64,000 nt of DNA from Podarcis melisellensis (Eukaryota). The stretch lies in assembly GCA_964234715.1 (NCBI GenBank), contig OZ174280.1. One strand, written 5' to 3'. A program made the position numbers and the translations under genes. Positions 13,289-26,504 of this stretch are shown here, piece by piece; position 1 is the stretch's first letter; each line of letters opens with the position of its first letter. Under the pieces are notes generated by a model. The model saw only the letters and a list, made by a program, of their open reading frames with translations, made no database searches and had not been told where the DNA came from.

Positions 13289-15860
13289 CTAGAAAGAAAG
13301 AGAAGGTGATATTTCAGAAAGATACTGAACTGCAATCTTAAGATGCTTGTAAACATCAGTGGCCGTTTCCTTCACATCAAAAGCAGAGAAAAAGCACAGT
13401 TAGATAAGTAGGTTTCTCTACGTCTTCAGTGCTCTGAAACTCTTGGGAGCAACAGGCATAGCCTTAACAAAATAAAATCAAGTTGTTAATTTCTGGGCCG
13501 AGCAAAAAAGTGCTTCGCAGGTGAGCTGTTTCAAATGCAACTCTAAACAATGTGTGAAACCTGAGATGATAATAGTCAGAGCTGGCAGCAGAAAAATACA
13601 TTTTCTAGAAGAGAAATGTAAGTGGCAAAGTATCATAAATGTTATGATATCAATGATCAAGGGAAACTGTTTTACATCCATGGTTAAAGAAGAAAACCAT
13701 GGGAAAGAGAAAAAAGTAAAATAAATGAGCATTTATATCAAATGAAAGGCTGGAGCTTGCCAATGGTATTAAAATTAAAATTACGGAACTACTGGGTTCC
13801 GTAGCATATGCTAAATGCTAAAGGAAAAGTAAAAGGAAGAACTGCTTAACATTAACAAACTAACACTGGGAAATTGTTTTTTTAAACAACAACAACCTAT
13901 ACTGATTTTTTATTTTTTAACAAATAAAGGTATTGAAGACTGGAACTCGAGTCATGGGGAAACTGCACAGTGCCTGCAAATGCAAACAACTCTTGAAACG
14001 GAACAGGTGGCATTTCTGCACATATGCCAATGCAAGAGGAGGAGATACCAATTATGCTAATAGAAGCAAAACCATCTGGGTTAAGTTCTTGACCTTTACA
14101 GGCAAAGAAGGAGCTGCTGTAGCAAAATGGATGAAATGGAAACAGACTTATAAAGTGCTCGAGACAAATAAACACGCCACGGAAGAAAAGAAGGGAAGAG
14201 CTTATTTTTAAATAAATAAATCTGTATTTGGCTTGAAACCCAATACTTCTCTGAATTAATGCACACACACAGAGAGAAACAAAGAAAGAGAGAGAGAGAG
14301 AGTTGTTTTTAAAGACTTTGGTTAACAATCAAAGCATTTGTAGCAGCAGTGATTCCACAGATCTGAGTCTCTCCAGCAACCAAAACATTTACATGGTCCC
14401 TGTATGGCTCACTGTGACATGTGAACCAGGCTGTCCTCTGTTTCAATTGGTGTTGTTACAAGTTCAAGTTGATAACTGCAACACAGGTCTCCAGTGCTTT
14501 CATTCTTTCTCCCTTTTCAAACAAGTAGTTCTGTATTACAACTACAAAGCGTCTCTTTCTCATAGACTGAAATTTCTCATCTTACATTTCTTTTCAAATA
14601 TTTTTCTCAGCGACTACACTTTTGCAATAAAGATCTGATTAACCCTTTCCCTTGTTTTGGCTTAGTACTCAGATAGCTTCCTAGGCTGAGATGGTCTGGC
14701 ACCCACAACTCTCCAGGGCAAATTAGAGGTCTCCATAGCTGTGGACGCAGAACTGAGAGATACACACACACACCAGGTTAAAGATGCTCCAGGCATTTGG
14801 ATAATAAATATTACTGTGTGCTGGGGTGATGTGGGCCCTTATCAGAGGCACCAGCTTCTCCAGGTGATTGAGGAGATGTTGTGCAACATCCTGACATCGT
14901 GCATGCAGCCCTCTAAACATCGAGGGCTCCTGGTCCACTCCAAAAACACAAAGCACATGGGGGGGGGGAGGAAGTGTCTCAGCCCTCAGAAGCCAACGCC
15001 TATGGCTAATAAAGCAGCTGCACTGTGGTATCTATTATAAGGGAGTAATTTGTTATTTATGTTTTATATTTCATTGAAGAGGGTAGTTTAAACAATTTGT
15101 TATATGAAGCTGCCCTTTGTTGCAGAATGGAGGAAAGTGAGGTGAAAAAGCAAACAAGCAAATAAATATGATAAAGGCCGTTTTCCCTCATCCAGACACC
15201 CTTTAAGTACATGCTGAAGCATCATTCTCTCCTTTGGGCGTAAATGCTTCCTACTTTTCTGTATCCTCAAAGGCCAAATATAAATAATTGTAACAAACCA
15301 ATAAGCATTGGCAATATTGTCAACCCTAGAAAGAAGCTTGATGGATTTTCACCCAGAGGAATAAAAGTTATTGTGAACAGCACTGTTTGCAAAAATGCCT
15401 GTGAAAATAAGTGGTCCACTAACTTTGTTCCTCTCCCAGCAGTCAAGCTAACTAGTTTGTGTGTGTTCTAATAATAAATTCTAATAATAATACTAACACT
15501 AGGTGGCGGTGGTGGTGCAGTTATCCCATTCCTGTACATATGAAATGGTAAGGATTTTTTGTATTTTGATGAGCCTCATACTGAAATCCCAGATTATTAT
15601 TCATAATATCATTTTTCTTAATCACATTCCAAGCAACCATCTCATGGCGGTTTACACACAAGAAAATCAAAAACATTTAAAAACACAAAATCAGCAAATA
15701 CATTTAAAAGACTAAAACCCTAATACAGCAGACGGCAAGGGAAAGACCCATTTATTTAAGGTGTTATAACTATACACAGAAAACCATTTGTGAAAAACAC
15801 TGTCTGCTTAAAATGAAGCAAAGGAACTTTTTCTATCCTGTTGTCAAAAACTATTATTAC

Positions 15861-15935
15861 CTTAGCAGCAAACCAAAGCCCGATTTTGTCAGCTTCCGCT
15901 TCCAATGTCCTGCTATATGGCCTATTGAACAGCAA
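15861..15935 (-). CDS. OMA1: OMA1 coding exon ([25 protein letters not shown])
   Basis: 75 bp, TTCTAG| ... AAG|GTAATA; SRxxExEAD M48 motif containing the third Zn ligand. Confidence 0.97.
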
Positions 15936-18205
15936 CTAGAAGGGAAAAGAAAGAGACATCAGAACTTTGTTCTTGCCTGTTTCTGAAACCAAAGTAAGCA
16001 TTTTCCTAACTTACATGCAACAGACAAGTTTCAGAAGAAGTGTTCCTCCTCTTACTCTTTCTGCAAAGGGCTTAGAGAAGAGGCTGTAGTACATTTTTCC
16101 TGTGGAATTTAGGAAGCAGCTAAATCAGCAGTTGCATTAGCAGCCTGGCTGAGGACCTGCTGCATTCTAGAGTTTGGTTCCAATAAAAGCCATGCATGCC
16201 AGTGGTGCTTCTTCACTTTTCTCTCTCTCTCTGGTCTACAGTAGACAGAATGATAGGATGTGCTCCAGCATTTTATAGATTGAAGTAGTGGATGCCGCTA
16301 AGTGGGGAGTATTTGCATGGCCTGGCAAATAATGACAAGAGGCCAGAGCTAGCCACAGGTGAAAAATAAAACTAAAATGCATGCAGCCAGATGGGTTTTG
16401 ATAATAAAAGCAGTGAAGTATTCTGCAGACACATCAGATACAGATAAAGAGACATCTATGTGCTTTATTGCATTTAGACCATTTAGTTGTCATTGGTCCC
16501 ATTTTACAGGTGGTTACAAAAAACACTGAGGCACCGCAATATGTGTGTTCACCTTTAAATCCATGGCGGAGGTCTTAAGGAAAAAAGCACCTCGGAGCAT
16601 ATGCAGAGTGCTTTCTCCCTCATATTAAAGCTTTTCAATGCAAAATGTAATGCAAATATCAATGAATTATAATAAAGTATAAACCAATGACTGGCGGTGA
16701 CAGCAGAGCACAGAGATCGAAGTCAGAGAGAGCAGTGATGAGGGCGGATGGTAACAACTTAGGATGACTGTAGAAGAGGCACTGTCTCGCCCCAAGGAAA
16801 GCCCTGCCCAGCTCCAATCTACCTGCCGCCCAGTTCCCAAAATGTCATGGGAAATTACCCACATATTGTAAGGCCTCACACTGCAATTATGACAGCAAAA
16901 AAACTTGGATAGCAGGTTTTCTGTGTAGTAGCCAAGCTGAAAGTAAATTGTGGATATGAAAGATGGACATGCCTTATTACAGCCTCAAGACTCTCCTCAG
17001 CTGTAATAGAGTTTATTCAGTTTCCATGTTTGTTCCCTTTAAAAACAAACAAACAAAAAACCTGATATTTTCCGCCTGATATTTGACAATACTGCCAAAT
17101 TTCGTTTCATTTTAACCCTACAGGCATGGGGTGCACATGGGGCCTACAGATGTGGATAGACTCCAACTCCCATCCGCCCCAGTCTGCATGCCCAGTGGTC
17201 AGGAACCACCTGCAGGGCCACAGTGGCCCTTGCCCTAGTTCTGTAATGGACCAAAGTCCATTTGAATTGATACCATATTTCCAGCTGCATTTGAAATACC
17301 TCATATTTTGCACGGACCACAGGTTTCATAAACTTACTCCCCTTCCAGAGTGTCTCAGTGACACTGACAATGGTAGAATTGGGACCTTTTTAATTTGGTG
17401 CTCTGAGGATGCAGTTTTTCAAACAAATCATGTATTAATCTTGCAGTAACACATTTTCACCAGTTGGTAAAAAAAACTACCTGGCCACACGGTTATTCCA
17501 AGGCACCAACTATGTTATATTGTTACTTTACCGTAGAGGTTTTATTTTGTAAACCGCCTTATTTTTCACAACGAAAGGTGGTTTATGAACACTACCAAAT
17601 GAAATAAAAAATTTTAATTTGAGAAGCCAATCTTTTCAAAGAGGTACCACAAAATGCTCTTGCTCAGTGCCTTGTGGGTCACCAGAGATCACATTTAATT
17701 GTGTGACTTATTGACTTCCGGTTGTCAGAGTGATAATACAAAGTTACAACATTGACTTGAGAGGATAATATGGAATATTGCTAGAGGGAGCAGCACCGTA
17801 CTCAGCCCAGACAGCTGTGGAAACCAAGAAACAGCAAGAATAAAATCACGTTTCTGCAACCTCAGAAGTTTTCCTGGCACCTCCCTTTTTAAAAAGAAAA
17901 GAGCTACCACAGGCATTTTACACTTCTGGAACGTGAAGGGAAAGAAACTGCCAAATGTGACAGAGAGCGAAGAACTGGGTTTGGCAACTTGTGTACTATA
18001 AAGCAAGCCTGGTGCTGAAGTATCATTGATCATCCTGACAGTTCTCTCAGCCATTTTAGGTTAGGTTACTGAACTGCCTTTTCCTACATCTCTGATTTTA
18101 TTCCTGACTGGCAGGAAGTTCAAGTGTAATAAGAAACTTTGCAGGGAGAGCAGGACCATTTATTCTCTTCTCAGTTCCTGGTTAATGAGCCTTGTAGCAT
18201 GGAGC

Positions 18206-18213
18206 AAAAGAAA

Positions 18214-18280
<67 letters not shown>
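18206..18280. repeat. (AAAG)n microsatellite
   Basis: Tetranucleotide run. Confidence 0.95.
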
Positions 18281-19114
18281 CCAAGTGGAAGGATCTCAGG
18301 GCATCCGAGGTTCTCGGATCACTTGGGGAGATCTGTGGATTTCACCCAAGGATATTAAAATAGCACAATATTAGCTCAACAGATGTACAAAGAACAATAT
18401 TGCATTTTAAATCGTTTTCCGGGTGATCAAGCTAACCTTTAAAAATGCAAAGGTATAAAAGGAGAAGGAAGTTCTATTGCAAAATGCATGCCATCCTCCA
18501 GAGATTGAACATTGTGGGTGATGAATGCTACAGTAGAATTTAAATTATTGATTCTAGGTAAGTATGCCCCACTCAGTAGTATGTCCAGGGCCAGCAGAAC
18601 GAGTTTATAAGAAAAATGTTTACTGGCTCAGAGCAGCGGCCAGGGAAATAACAAAGTACTTCCATTTCCTAGCGTTCATTCCCGGCTCACAACAGTCTGA
18701 AGTTTACAAACTAGAAGGCAATATATGTGTCTTTCGTGAATCAATCCAATGGTGTTTTTTAAAAACAAACAAACAAACCACACCTATGACAGTGTGCATA
18801 ATACACCCACAAAATGACCTACCTTTGTTGCAACTCCGTCTTATTTTTAAAACAGTGAGATCAAGACCTGCTTCCCATGGCGAAAAGGCAAGCCCGGGCT
18901 TGTAATCAGCTACTCACCCAGGCTGAACTGCAGTTTCTTTCCCCTTCTTAGAGCCAACACGCAAGCTGACTTAAGACCATAAGTTTACTGCTAGATCAGA
19001 TCCATAGTCTATTAAATGAAGCATTGTGTCCTGTAATACAGAGACCTCCCCCCACAAAGAACACCCCCGATGCAGGAGCTAGACGAATGCTCTGTAGAAA
19101 GGTGATCATCTTAC

Positions 19115-19243
19115 CTCTTGAAACCAAGCTTGGAGCCAGTGGCCTACGATTGCTAAGCTGTCTACAGGGCAAACAGCCCAAATCATTATGAGAAGAATGA
19201 GGAGCACGAAATCCACAAAATGCATCAGGCTCGCCTTCTCTGC
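19115..19243 (-). CDS. OMA1: OMA1 coding exon ([43 protein letters not shown]), transmembrane segment
   Basis: 129 bp, TTTTAAG| ... GAG|GTAAGA; in frame with both neighbours. Confidence 0.96.
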
Positions 19244-19803
19244 CTTAAAACAAGGAAAACAGTATTTAAAAACCACCTATTTATGTCCTAATCTTGCGCA
19301 TGGATATTTAAGGTTTTCTGAATTCAAAACGATGCGCTGTCTACCGACCCCTTTTACAAAACGTGAAGACGCAGAAGTTGCTGTTACTTCTCCAACTTGG
19401 TTCGCCAGCTGTTGCTGGACTACAACTCCCATCACATCCTGCTAGCTAAAGATTATGGGAGTTGTAGTCCAACTGGAGATCCAATTGGAGAAACACTGTA
19501 TGAAGCCACAATGCTGGCAGAAGAAGCACTGGATGCTGGAAAGCACCAACGCTGGGTAAGGAAGGCCTATAAAGAGCTATTCAGTTGTACGACACACCCC
19601 TAACTTCTGACTATGTCAGTTCAATTAACATCACAGATGCAGAGTTTGGAGCAAAGCTTACTAGCCCTAAGAGGCAGGCTGTGAGCATTGCTGGATAATT
19701 CCAGTCAAATATGGTGGTCTCCACATTGGTCACTTATGGCTACAAGCATGTGTTTCGTTTCAGAGGGCTTTGGCAACATCACTATTTAAAACAGGATACA
19801 TAC

Positions 19804-19911
19804 CCCGTGTCCCAGAACAGCATGAGCAAGTTCATGTCCCAGAATGAAAGACAGCTCATTGATATCTGACACAGCAGATAGCATACCAGTGAAAACAAAC
19901 AGTTGTCCATT
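19804..19911 (-). CDS. OMA1: OMA1 catalytic exon ([36 protein letters not shown])
   Basis: 108 bp, CTGCAG| ... GGG|GTATGT; HEXXH zinc motif HELAH; not captured in frame by the ORF track. Confidence 0.98.
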
Positions 19912-20596
19912 CTGCAGGCAAAGAGAGGAAAAATAATACTGCAAACAAATTGTTTCACAGAGCAATCCAAAGTGGGGGTGGGGGTGAACCCAGAGCTCAG
20001 CCAGGCCAGCACCAGCAGAGCAGAAAAATTGGGAGAGGGGGTGAGAGACAGAAAGGAGGAAAAAAGAGAAGTTGTGTTTCTTCTTTATTCCTCCTTTTCG
20101 TCAGCACACTTCTTTGGGGGGGGGGCGAGGTGAGGAAGGGAGAATTTCCTGCACGTTGGTCAGAAAAGGAGGGAAAATCAGCACGCAAACTTCAGGACAT
20201 GTTTTCTCTCAACCCATGTATGTGGATTGGGGGAGGCTGGATCCCAGAAGCTCCTCTTCTCCCCAACACCTTTTTGCCCTCTCTACTGTGAAAGCAATAA
20301 GGGCAGAGAAAGGACAGCGGTACCAAGTCTGCACTGACTGGCAGAGGCTCCCCAGGGATTCAGATTTGGTGAAATTCCCAGCCCCGCCTGCAGAAGCCAG
20401 GGACTGAATCTGGAAGAGCAAGGGAGATGCTCTGCCTCTGAGCTAAGACCCCCCCACCCCCACCCTCACTGCCAAGAGGGAGATGCACAAAATCCTTCAG
20501 CCTCTAGGACGTCCTGCCAAGGACAACAGGAATGCGCTGTTAGTAGCTTTTTTCCAAATTATTACATCTCACCTTTGGTGTTTGATTTTTACTTAC

Positions 20597-20770
20597 TGGA
20601 AGCACAACAGCATTAATGTCTGGCCCCTCCACCACATGGATAGTCCACTTGAACTCAGAGAATCCTGGAAATTCCTTGTTGCTGTCAACCAAATGCAAAA
20701 AGACTTTTTTGACCTCCTGGTAACGGGGGTCTGTTTCAGGCAACATTCTGCTTTTAAACTCTTCAACCCA
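20597..20770 (-). CDS. OMA1: OMA1 coding exon (WVEEFKSRMLPETDPRY...WTIHVVEGPDINAVVLP)
   Basis: 174 bp, TTCCAG| ... CCA|GTAAGT; WxIHVV..NAxVLP M48 motif. Confidence 0.97.
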
Positions 20771-21717
20771 CTGGAAGAAAAAGAAGATGCAGCATACTGA
20801 CCGATTCAAGGCAAGTAAAATTGCAATTAAGAGATACAATATGCATGAATATCCATGGAAGAGAGGTCAGTATAAATAAAAAAACATATGACGCAATCTA
20901 ATTCAGAGCAGGGAGGAGACATCCACCATACTATTAGAGCATGATGAATTTTTCAACTCCCCAATTCCCCAAATTAAGGGTGCTAAAAAGTTATAGAATG
21001 ACTTGGGAATTCAAAAGATATTTTGGTTACATTAATCTAATTTTGTTTGGTAAATAAAATGTGTGTAATATTGCATAGAAATAATTTTAAAATGATTGCC
21101 AAGCACTTATATTTTAATATTATTCTTGTTTACTTATATTATGTATATTTATGATTTTACCTGACACTTTCAGAAGGCAAAATTAAAATTCTTTGGCTTT
21201 CCAAAAGCAGTTTATTTGCTTCTTAAGCAAACGTAGTCTTAGCAAGCTAAATGTTGTCCAATCGCAAATATAATAGCAGATTTGAATCCCTCGCACCCAA
21301 AAATGTATTTTTAAGACCCCCTCATGGAAGAATTTTGCAAAAATTAAATTTCACCGCCTAAAATGACATGCCCTGCTGTATGATATCCATTTAGGGAATA
21401 AAATTGAAAGATGTGCTTGAGCAAAATATTTAACTCAGGAAAGGTGACCTAATGACATGGAATACATCAGCAATTATATATACATATATTATTTACTAAC
21501 AAGCAATATTCATCTTCCTCGTGTAACAAGCAGTAAAACAGATATTCTCAATCCTTGCACTGCCAATACTCCTTAAATGGAAGAAAAATTCCCTCAGCTA
21601 TATGGGAAGGCCAGAAAACAGGATATATGCTTCATATAAGTTCCCATCTTCAATCACCAGCATTGTGCATTAATAAGGGTCTCAAGTAATTGTTTGCTTT
21701 TTTGAACAGCTACCCAC

Positions 21718-21946
21718 CATGGCATACTCCATCTGGGACAATTCAGCAAAATGGTCTTTCCGAAACACCAGAAGTCGAGAACGTCCAGTGATTGGTGTCT
21801 CTTCCAAGTGAGTAAAATAAAACAGGATAAATACAAGTCCTAAAGTGCTCAGGCCCAGGGCTATCTTCCATTTATTTCTTCTTGCAGCTTCTTTAAACAG
21901 CTCCTTCTTGTTTGGAGGAAGTGCCCGCCACCATTTTCTTATGCTC
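21718..21946 (-). CDS. OMA1: OMA1 coding exon ([14 protein letters not shown]...[15 protein letters not shown]...EYAM)
   Basis: 229 bp, TTACAG| ... ATG|GTGGGT; THLExxPITGRxRL signature; completes the split AG|G Arg codon. Confidence 0.97.
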
Positions 21947-22578
21947 CTGTAAGACACAAGTATAGCAAAGTTCGAGGAAGCCAGAGCGAATCGCAAGTGT
22001 CCCCGACTGCTGCACCCTCATCAGTGCTACCAGCATGTGTTATAAATGTCAAAACTTAACAGACAAGCTTCTCTGCTTAATGCAAACAAAGAGTGTGCTA
22101 GTGCATGATGCTCCAAAGTTCTTTCGCCTGCTGTGCCACCAGGAAACAAACCATGGTCTGGCTTGTTTTGAGTGCCCAACCTGAGGCTCATGGTGTGTCA
22201 ACCACAAGTGGCATGCCAAGAACAAACCTTGATTGCCACATGGTTTATTTGGAAAGAAAGAAACCATAGGCCTGGGTCTGGACGTAACAACAAGCCAGGC
22301 TCTCTTTCCTGTAAGTTTAGCAGCAGCAGAAACAGAAAAAGAGCAGAACAAAACCTTTTCAGTGGCATATACTAACATGCGGAGTGCTCACATTAAACCA
22401 CAGTTAACATCGTTAGTAGTCTTTAGCTATGGTTTAATGTGACACAGCTACAACAAGCTATGAGGCTGCAGCAATGTTCACTTTGATACCTCACTCTACA
22501 AGAGTAAAACGGATATGCTGCACATTCTTGTACACATGAGAGAAATGGAGAATTAGGGAGGTTTTCTGGTTAACCTGG

Positions 22579-23058
22579 TGTCAGGCTCCGAGGACTTGGC
22601 TTCCTCCCCCCCTTTGGCCGTAGATAAACAGGACAAAGTGAAGAGTCCCTTACCATTTAAAGAGTCTTTAATCATCACAGCAAAAGAACAAAGCATTCAT
22701 TATTAGAATTGAAGGTGTTCCCAATTAAGGCTTCCCCCCACTTCCCCCCAATCACTTCCATCTCGCAACCACCATGCTTTTTGTGTAGCCATCTTATCTG
22801 CTCTACGTGACCTTGGACTGATATGCTGAATACTTTCCAGCAAAAAAGAGTCTGTTAGCTCTCTCTCTTCCTGTTCTTCTTCGCTTTGCTGTTCACCCTC
22901 CAGTTCTTCCCAATGTTCCTCGTCAGAACTATGCCCCTCTGCAAACCACTGTTCCAAATCTTTACTGCTCCAGGGCAGCTTCAGGATCCTGATCAGGAGC
23001 AGGGGGAGGGTCCCACCACTCCTCATCAGAGCAGTACTCCTCAGCTTGGTCTCTGACA
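22579..23058 (-). mobile_element. Solo LTR (480 bp)
   Basis: TGTCAG...CTGACA termini, 5-bp TSD CCTGG/CCTAG, minus-strand ATTAAA at 22667-22672, acidic ORF inside. Confidence 0.8.
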
Positions 23059-23626
23059 CCTAGAGAGTGTGGGGCCTCCCAAACTAAGGAGATTGGTTAA
23101 CTGTGCGTTATGAGGAGTCTGAGAGATGAGGAAAGGCAGCTGAGGGCATAAGCACAACAAGAAGGGGTGGGGGAGAGAGCTGGTGCAGAGAAGGAGGAAA
23201 GCTGAATGAGAAGTAAACAGGAGGAAGATATGGCAAACAGTGAGTGTGGAACCACCATCACTCTCATCAAATAAATGGGCAGCATCGTATTTGGGATTAA
23301 AAGGTTATGTGCACATATCTACAGCTGGACAGGAACCCAGGACCCATTTCTGCATACAGCTGCCCACAAAGCTAGGGATCTACACAAAGTCTTGCTTCTG
23401 TACATAGGTGGATCAGGCAGCTTTTAAGCTGTCCAGGTTAAGGCGAGTCATAGGCTGAGAAGGTGAGTTTAAAAAGAAGATGGATTTCAAGAACAAATAA
23501 ATAAATAGGGAGAGATGGCGCAGTACCTACGTAGCATGCACATGTTTGTACAGAAAGAACTTCCATTTCAAATGAAGAGGAAGCAAAAGTGAGGTAATAT
23601 AATGCCAGGCAAGTGGCAAGATATTA

Positions 23627-23867
23627 CAGTCGTACCTCCAGTTACTAGCTTAATTTGTCCCAGAGGTCCGTTCTTAACCAGAAACTGTTCTTAACCTGAG
23701 GTGCGCTTTCGCTAATGGGGCCTCCCTCTTGCGCCATGCTGCCACCACGCGACTTCCATTCGCATCCCGGGGCAAAGTTCGCTACCAGGAGACCTACTTC
23801 CGGGTTAGTGGAGCTCATTACCTGAAGTGTTCGTAAGCAGGACGGTACATAACCTGAGGTTGCACTG
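23627..23867 (-). mobile_element. Tc1/mariner-pogo-type MITE (CAGTGGTACCTC family), inverted copy
   Basis: TA|CAGTCGTACCTC ... GAGGTTGCACTG|TA; internal sequence is the reverse complement of the copies at 24629, 26137 and 48832. Confidence 0.85.
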
Positions 23868-24587
23868 TATACAAAAAAAAAGTGGGAGATTGCTCAATTG
23901 AAATTTGAGGAACCAAACAGCAGTTTAAATAATCTAATGCTATTCTCCTTCTAAACTTTTTTTTTTTTTAAAGTTAATTTCTACAGATCTAAAATCTGGC
24001 TACAATGAAGCCTTTGAGAATGGAAAAGGGAAGCCAAAACAAAAATCTAATGAATATTTAAAGGCTGAGAAAACATTAACTATTATATTCTATTTTAAAA
24101 AAACAACATTCTGCTCTGGAGAATAATAAGAAAAAGAACCAAGTTTCAAAACACTGAGACACCTTATTTACAGTAAGAAAAATGTGTTCATTTAATAACA
24201 AAGAAAAGGTTTAATAAGGGGTGGGATTTACCACATATACCACGATGGTTTTCCACAGGGTCCAACTTGTATATACAATTTAAATTTAATAGATGGTTCC
24301 TTGAGCAGCAACAGAACATCCATATTGCAAAAGCACAAGTGGAGCATCATTTGCTGCTTTGGCCTGCATAGTGAATATGTAAAGTTTATGGCCAGAATCC
24401 AGAGCACTGTAAAAGCAGCTCCAAGGGAGATTTTATACTTGTTTTCCTCAAACAGAAGTCCTCCCTCTATGCCACAAGGCAAACCTGAGGACTTCCAAAA
24501 CTGAGGATGATTTTCAAAAGTGATTTGTTATGTGGCATGGGGAAGTAAAGGAGTCAGCTCTTCAAAGTCAAAATTTCTACTGCACTA

Positions 24588-24630
24588 ATATATATATATA
24601 TATAAACACACACACACACACACACACACA
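24588..24630. repeat. (TA)n(CA)n compound microsatellite abutting a MITE
   Basis: Seen directly. Confidence 0.9.
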
Positions 24631-24824
24631 GTGGTACCTCGGGTTACAAACTCTTCAGGTTACAGCCTCCGCTAACCCGGAAGTAGTACCTCAGGTTAAG
24701 AACTTTGCCCCAGGATGAGAATAGAAATCGCGCATTGGCAGCGCGGCAGCAGCGGGAGGCCCCATTAGCTAAAGTGGTACCTCAGGTTAAGAACCAATTA
24801 AGTCCGTAACTAGAGGTACCACTG
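24629..24824 (+). mobile_element. Tc1/mariner-pogo-type MITE
   Basis: TIRs CAGTGGTACCTC / GAGGTACCACTG, TA on the right flank, internal CAGGTTA repeats. Confidence 0.9.
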
Positions 24825-26136
24825 TACTAGAAAACTAGATGCATGCTTTGTGATTGACCTATTCTTAAGCCCAAATTACTCAACCTCCAATCCAGAAAAA
24901 CAGCTTACAAGGTGAAGCATCAGACACATGCCCTTACCACCGCTCATAAATCCAAGGGCGATGCAGGCCTATATATGCAGTGCCCCAGATTCTGAGAACC
25001 TTCCACTCCTTTCCCAGGAAGTTTGCAAAGGTGTGGCTTCCTCAGCAGGATAGTACATGCATGGAGACAGTGCTGCAGCAGCCCTCTGATGTGCACATGA
25101 TATCTAGATTGGAGATTAGTAGCCAAATTACCTTTTAAAAGGTGACTAGAGATGAGGATGTGCTCCTAATATTAGAAGTGCATTACCAAGATCCAAATTT
25201 CGTTAACTGATTGGTCTGCAAGCTAGGAACGAAACTCACTGCGCTGAGTCACTGTTAAAAACTTGAGAGACGCAACTACTTCCTCGGTGGAAATTACACA
25301 ACAAGGTGTGTCTTGGCAACACAGTTAAAAACATTCTAAATTTTATTTTATTATAAAGAGGAAATGTTTTTAAAGGATAATAAAGTGGCTAACTGCTGGT
25401 GGCATTTAAGAGAAAAAGGCACTGCTCAGACAGTATAGAACTAAAAGCACAGGAAGAACACTCTGCTCCTAAGCCACCAAGTTTATGCCATTTCAAACTA
25501 AGCATATTTAAAGCATGTTTATTTCTTCTGCTTCTTTCCCACCTTCCCACCAAAGTGATGAAAAGAGTTGCATACTCCACTTCAGAGGTGTTTGAGAGCT
25601 TCACAGATTTCAAATCAAGGAAGCAGTTGGCCTTTCAAGTAATTAAAACTTGACTAAGGTAAATGAAAATCAATAAAAACAAAACATATCCCCAAAGCAG
25701 GGGCTGCTTTCATGGGAAAGCACAGAAACAGAGGTGCGATCTATCATGGTTCCAGGCCAAGACTGGACAATGCTCACTCTCTCCTTCCTACAGCCCCTGC
25801 CCCATCCTCTTTACAAGAATCAAAAGTGGTACCGTACTATCAACCTAGTGCCTAGAGCCAGGAGGCATTATCCCTCAGTACTGGGAGGGAGGGCAAGGGA
25901 CCAGAAAGTACCTCAGTGCTATTCTAGCATCATTTGCTGAAGGATAGAGGTAGAATATTCACATAGTTTGGGGGACAGTTTGGGAAACAGCATAGGAATG
26001 TACTTTACCCTTTTTTTCCAAGTTACACATGTTCTTCCAAGCTACCTCACCAGGCTTTAAAGCAGGTGAGAGGACGAGGTGAGCAGAGACACAAAATCAG
26101 CAGTCATTCTCGCAAAAAGTGAGCTTTCACCATCTA

Positions 26137-26348
26137 CAATGGTACCTCAGGTTACATACGCTTCAGGTTAAAGACTCCGCTAACCCAGAAATAGTGCTTC
26201 AGGTTAAGAACTTTGCTTCAGGATAAAAACAGAAATTGGGCTCCGGCAGGAGGCCCCATTAGCTAAAGTGGTGCTTCAGGTTAAGAACAGCTTCAGGTTA
26301 AGTACGGACCTCCGGAACGAATTAAGTACTTAACCTGAGGTACCATTG
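26137..26348 (+). mobile_element. Tc1/mariner-pogo-type MITE
   Basis: Perfect 18-bp TIR CAATGGTACCTCAGGTTA, TA TSD on both sides. Confidence 0.92.
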
Positions 26349-26504
26349 TATTTGCAAGGCTCCTCTGCAACATTATGAGCATGCCAGACAGTCTCATGTG
26401 AAGTTTGCAAAGTATCCTATTAACCTTGCATCTAAATTTACATTGCAACAATGTAGTATACTCTATACTGCTATAGCGTGTAGCAGAGCAATATTAATGT
26501 TTAC

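Noticed and set aside
13897-14638. Overlapping 92-143 aa ORFs in an OMA1 intron
   Set aside because: Low-complexity or hydrophobic translations of intronic DNA; OMA1 is complete without them
14690-14950. Possible LTR ending in CCTGACA
   Set aside because: No matching 5' end or TSD could be found
18139-18363. KKER-repeat ORF
   Set aside because: Translation of the (AAAG)n microsatellite
24629-26348. Recurrent CAGGTTAAG / CTCAGGTTA units that look array-like (CRISPR-like)
   Set aside because: These are subterminal repeats inside MITEs in eukaryotic DNA; there are no regular unique spacers
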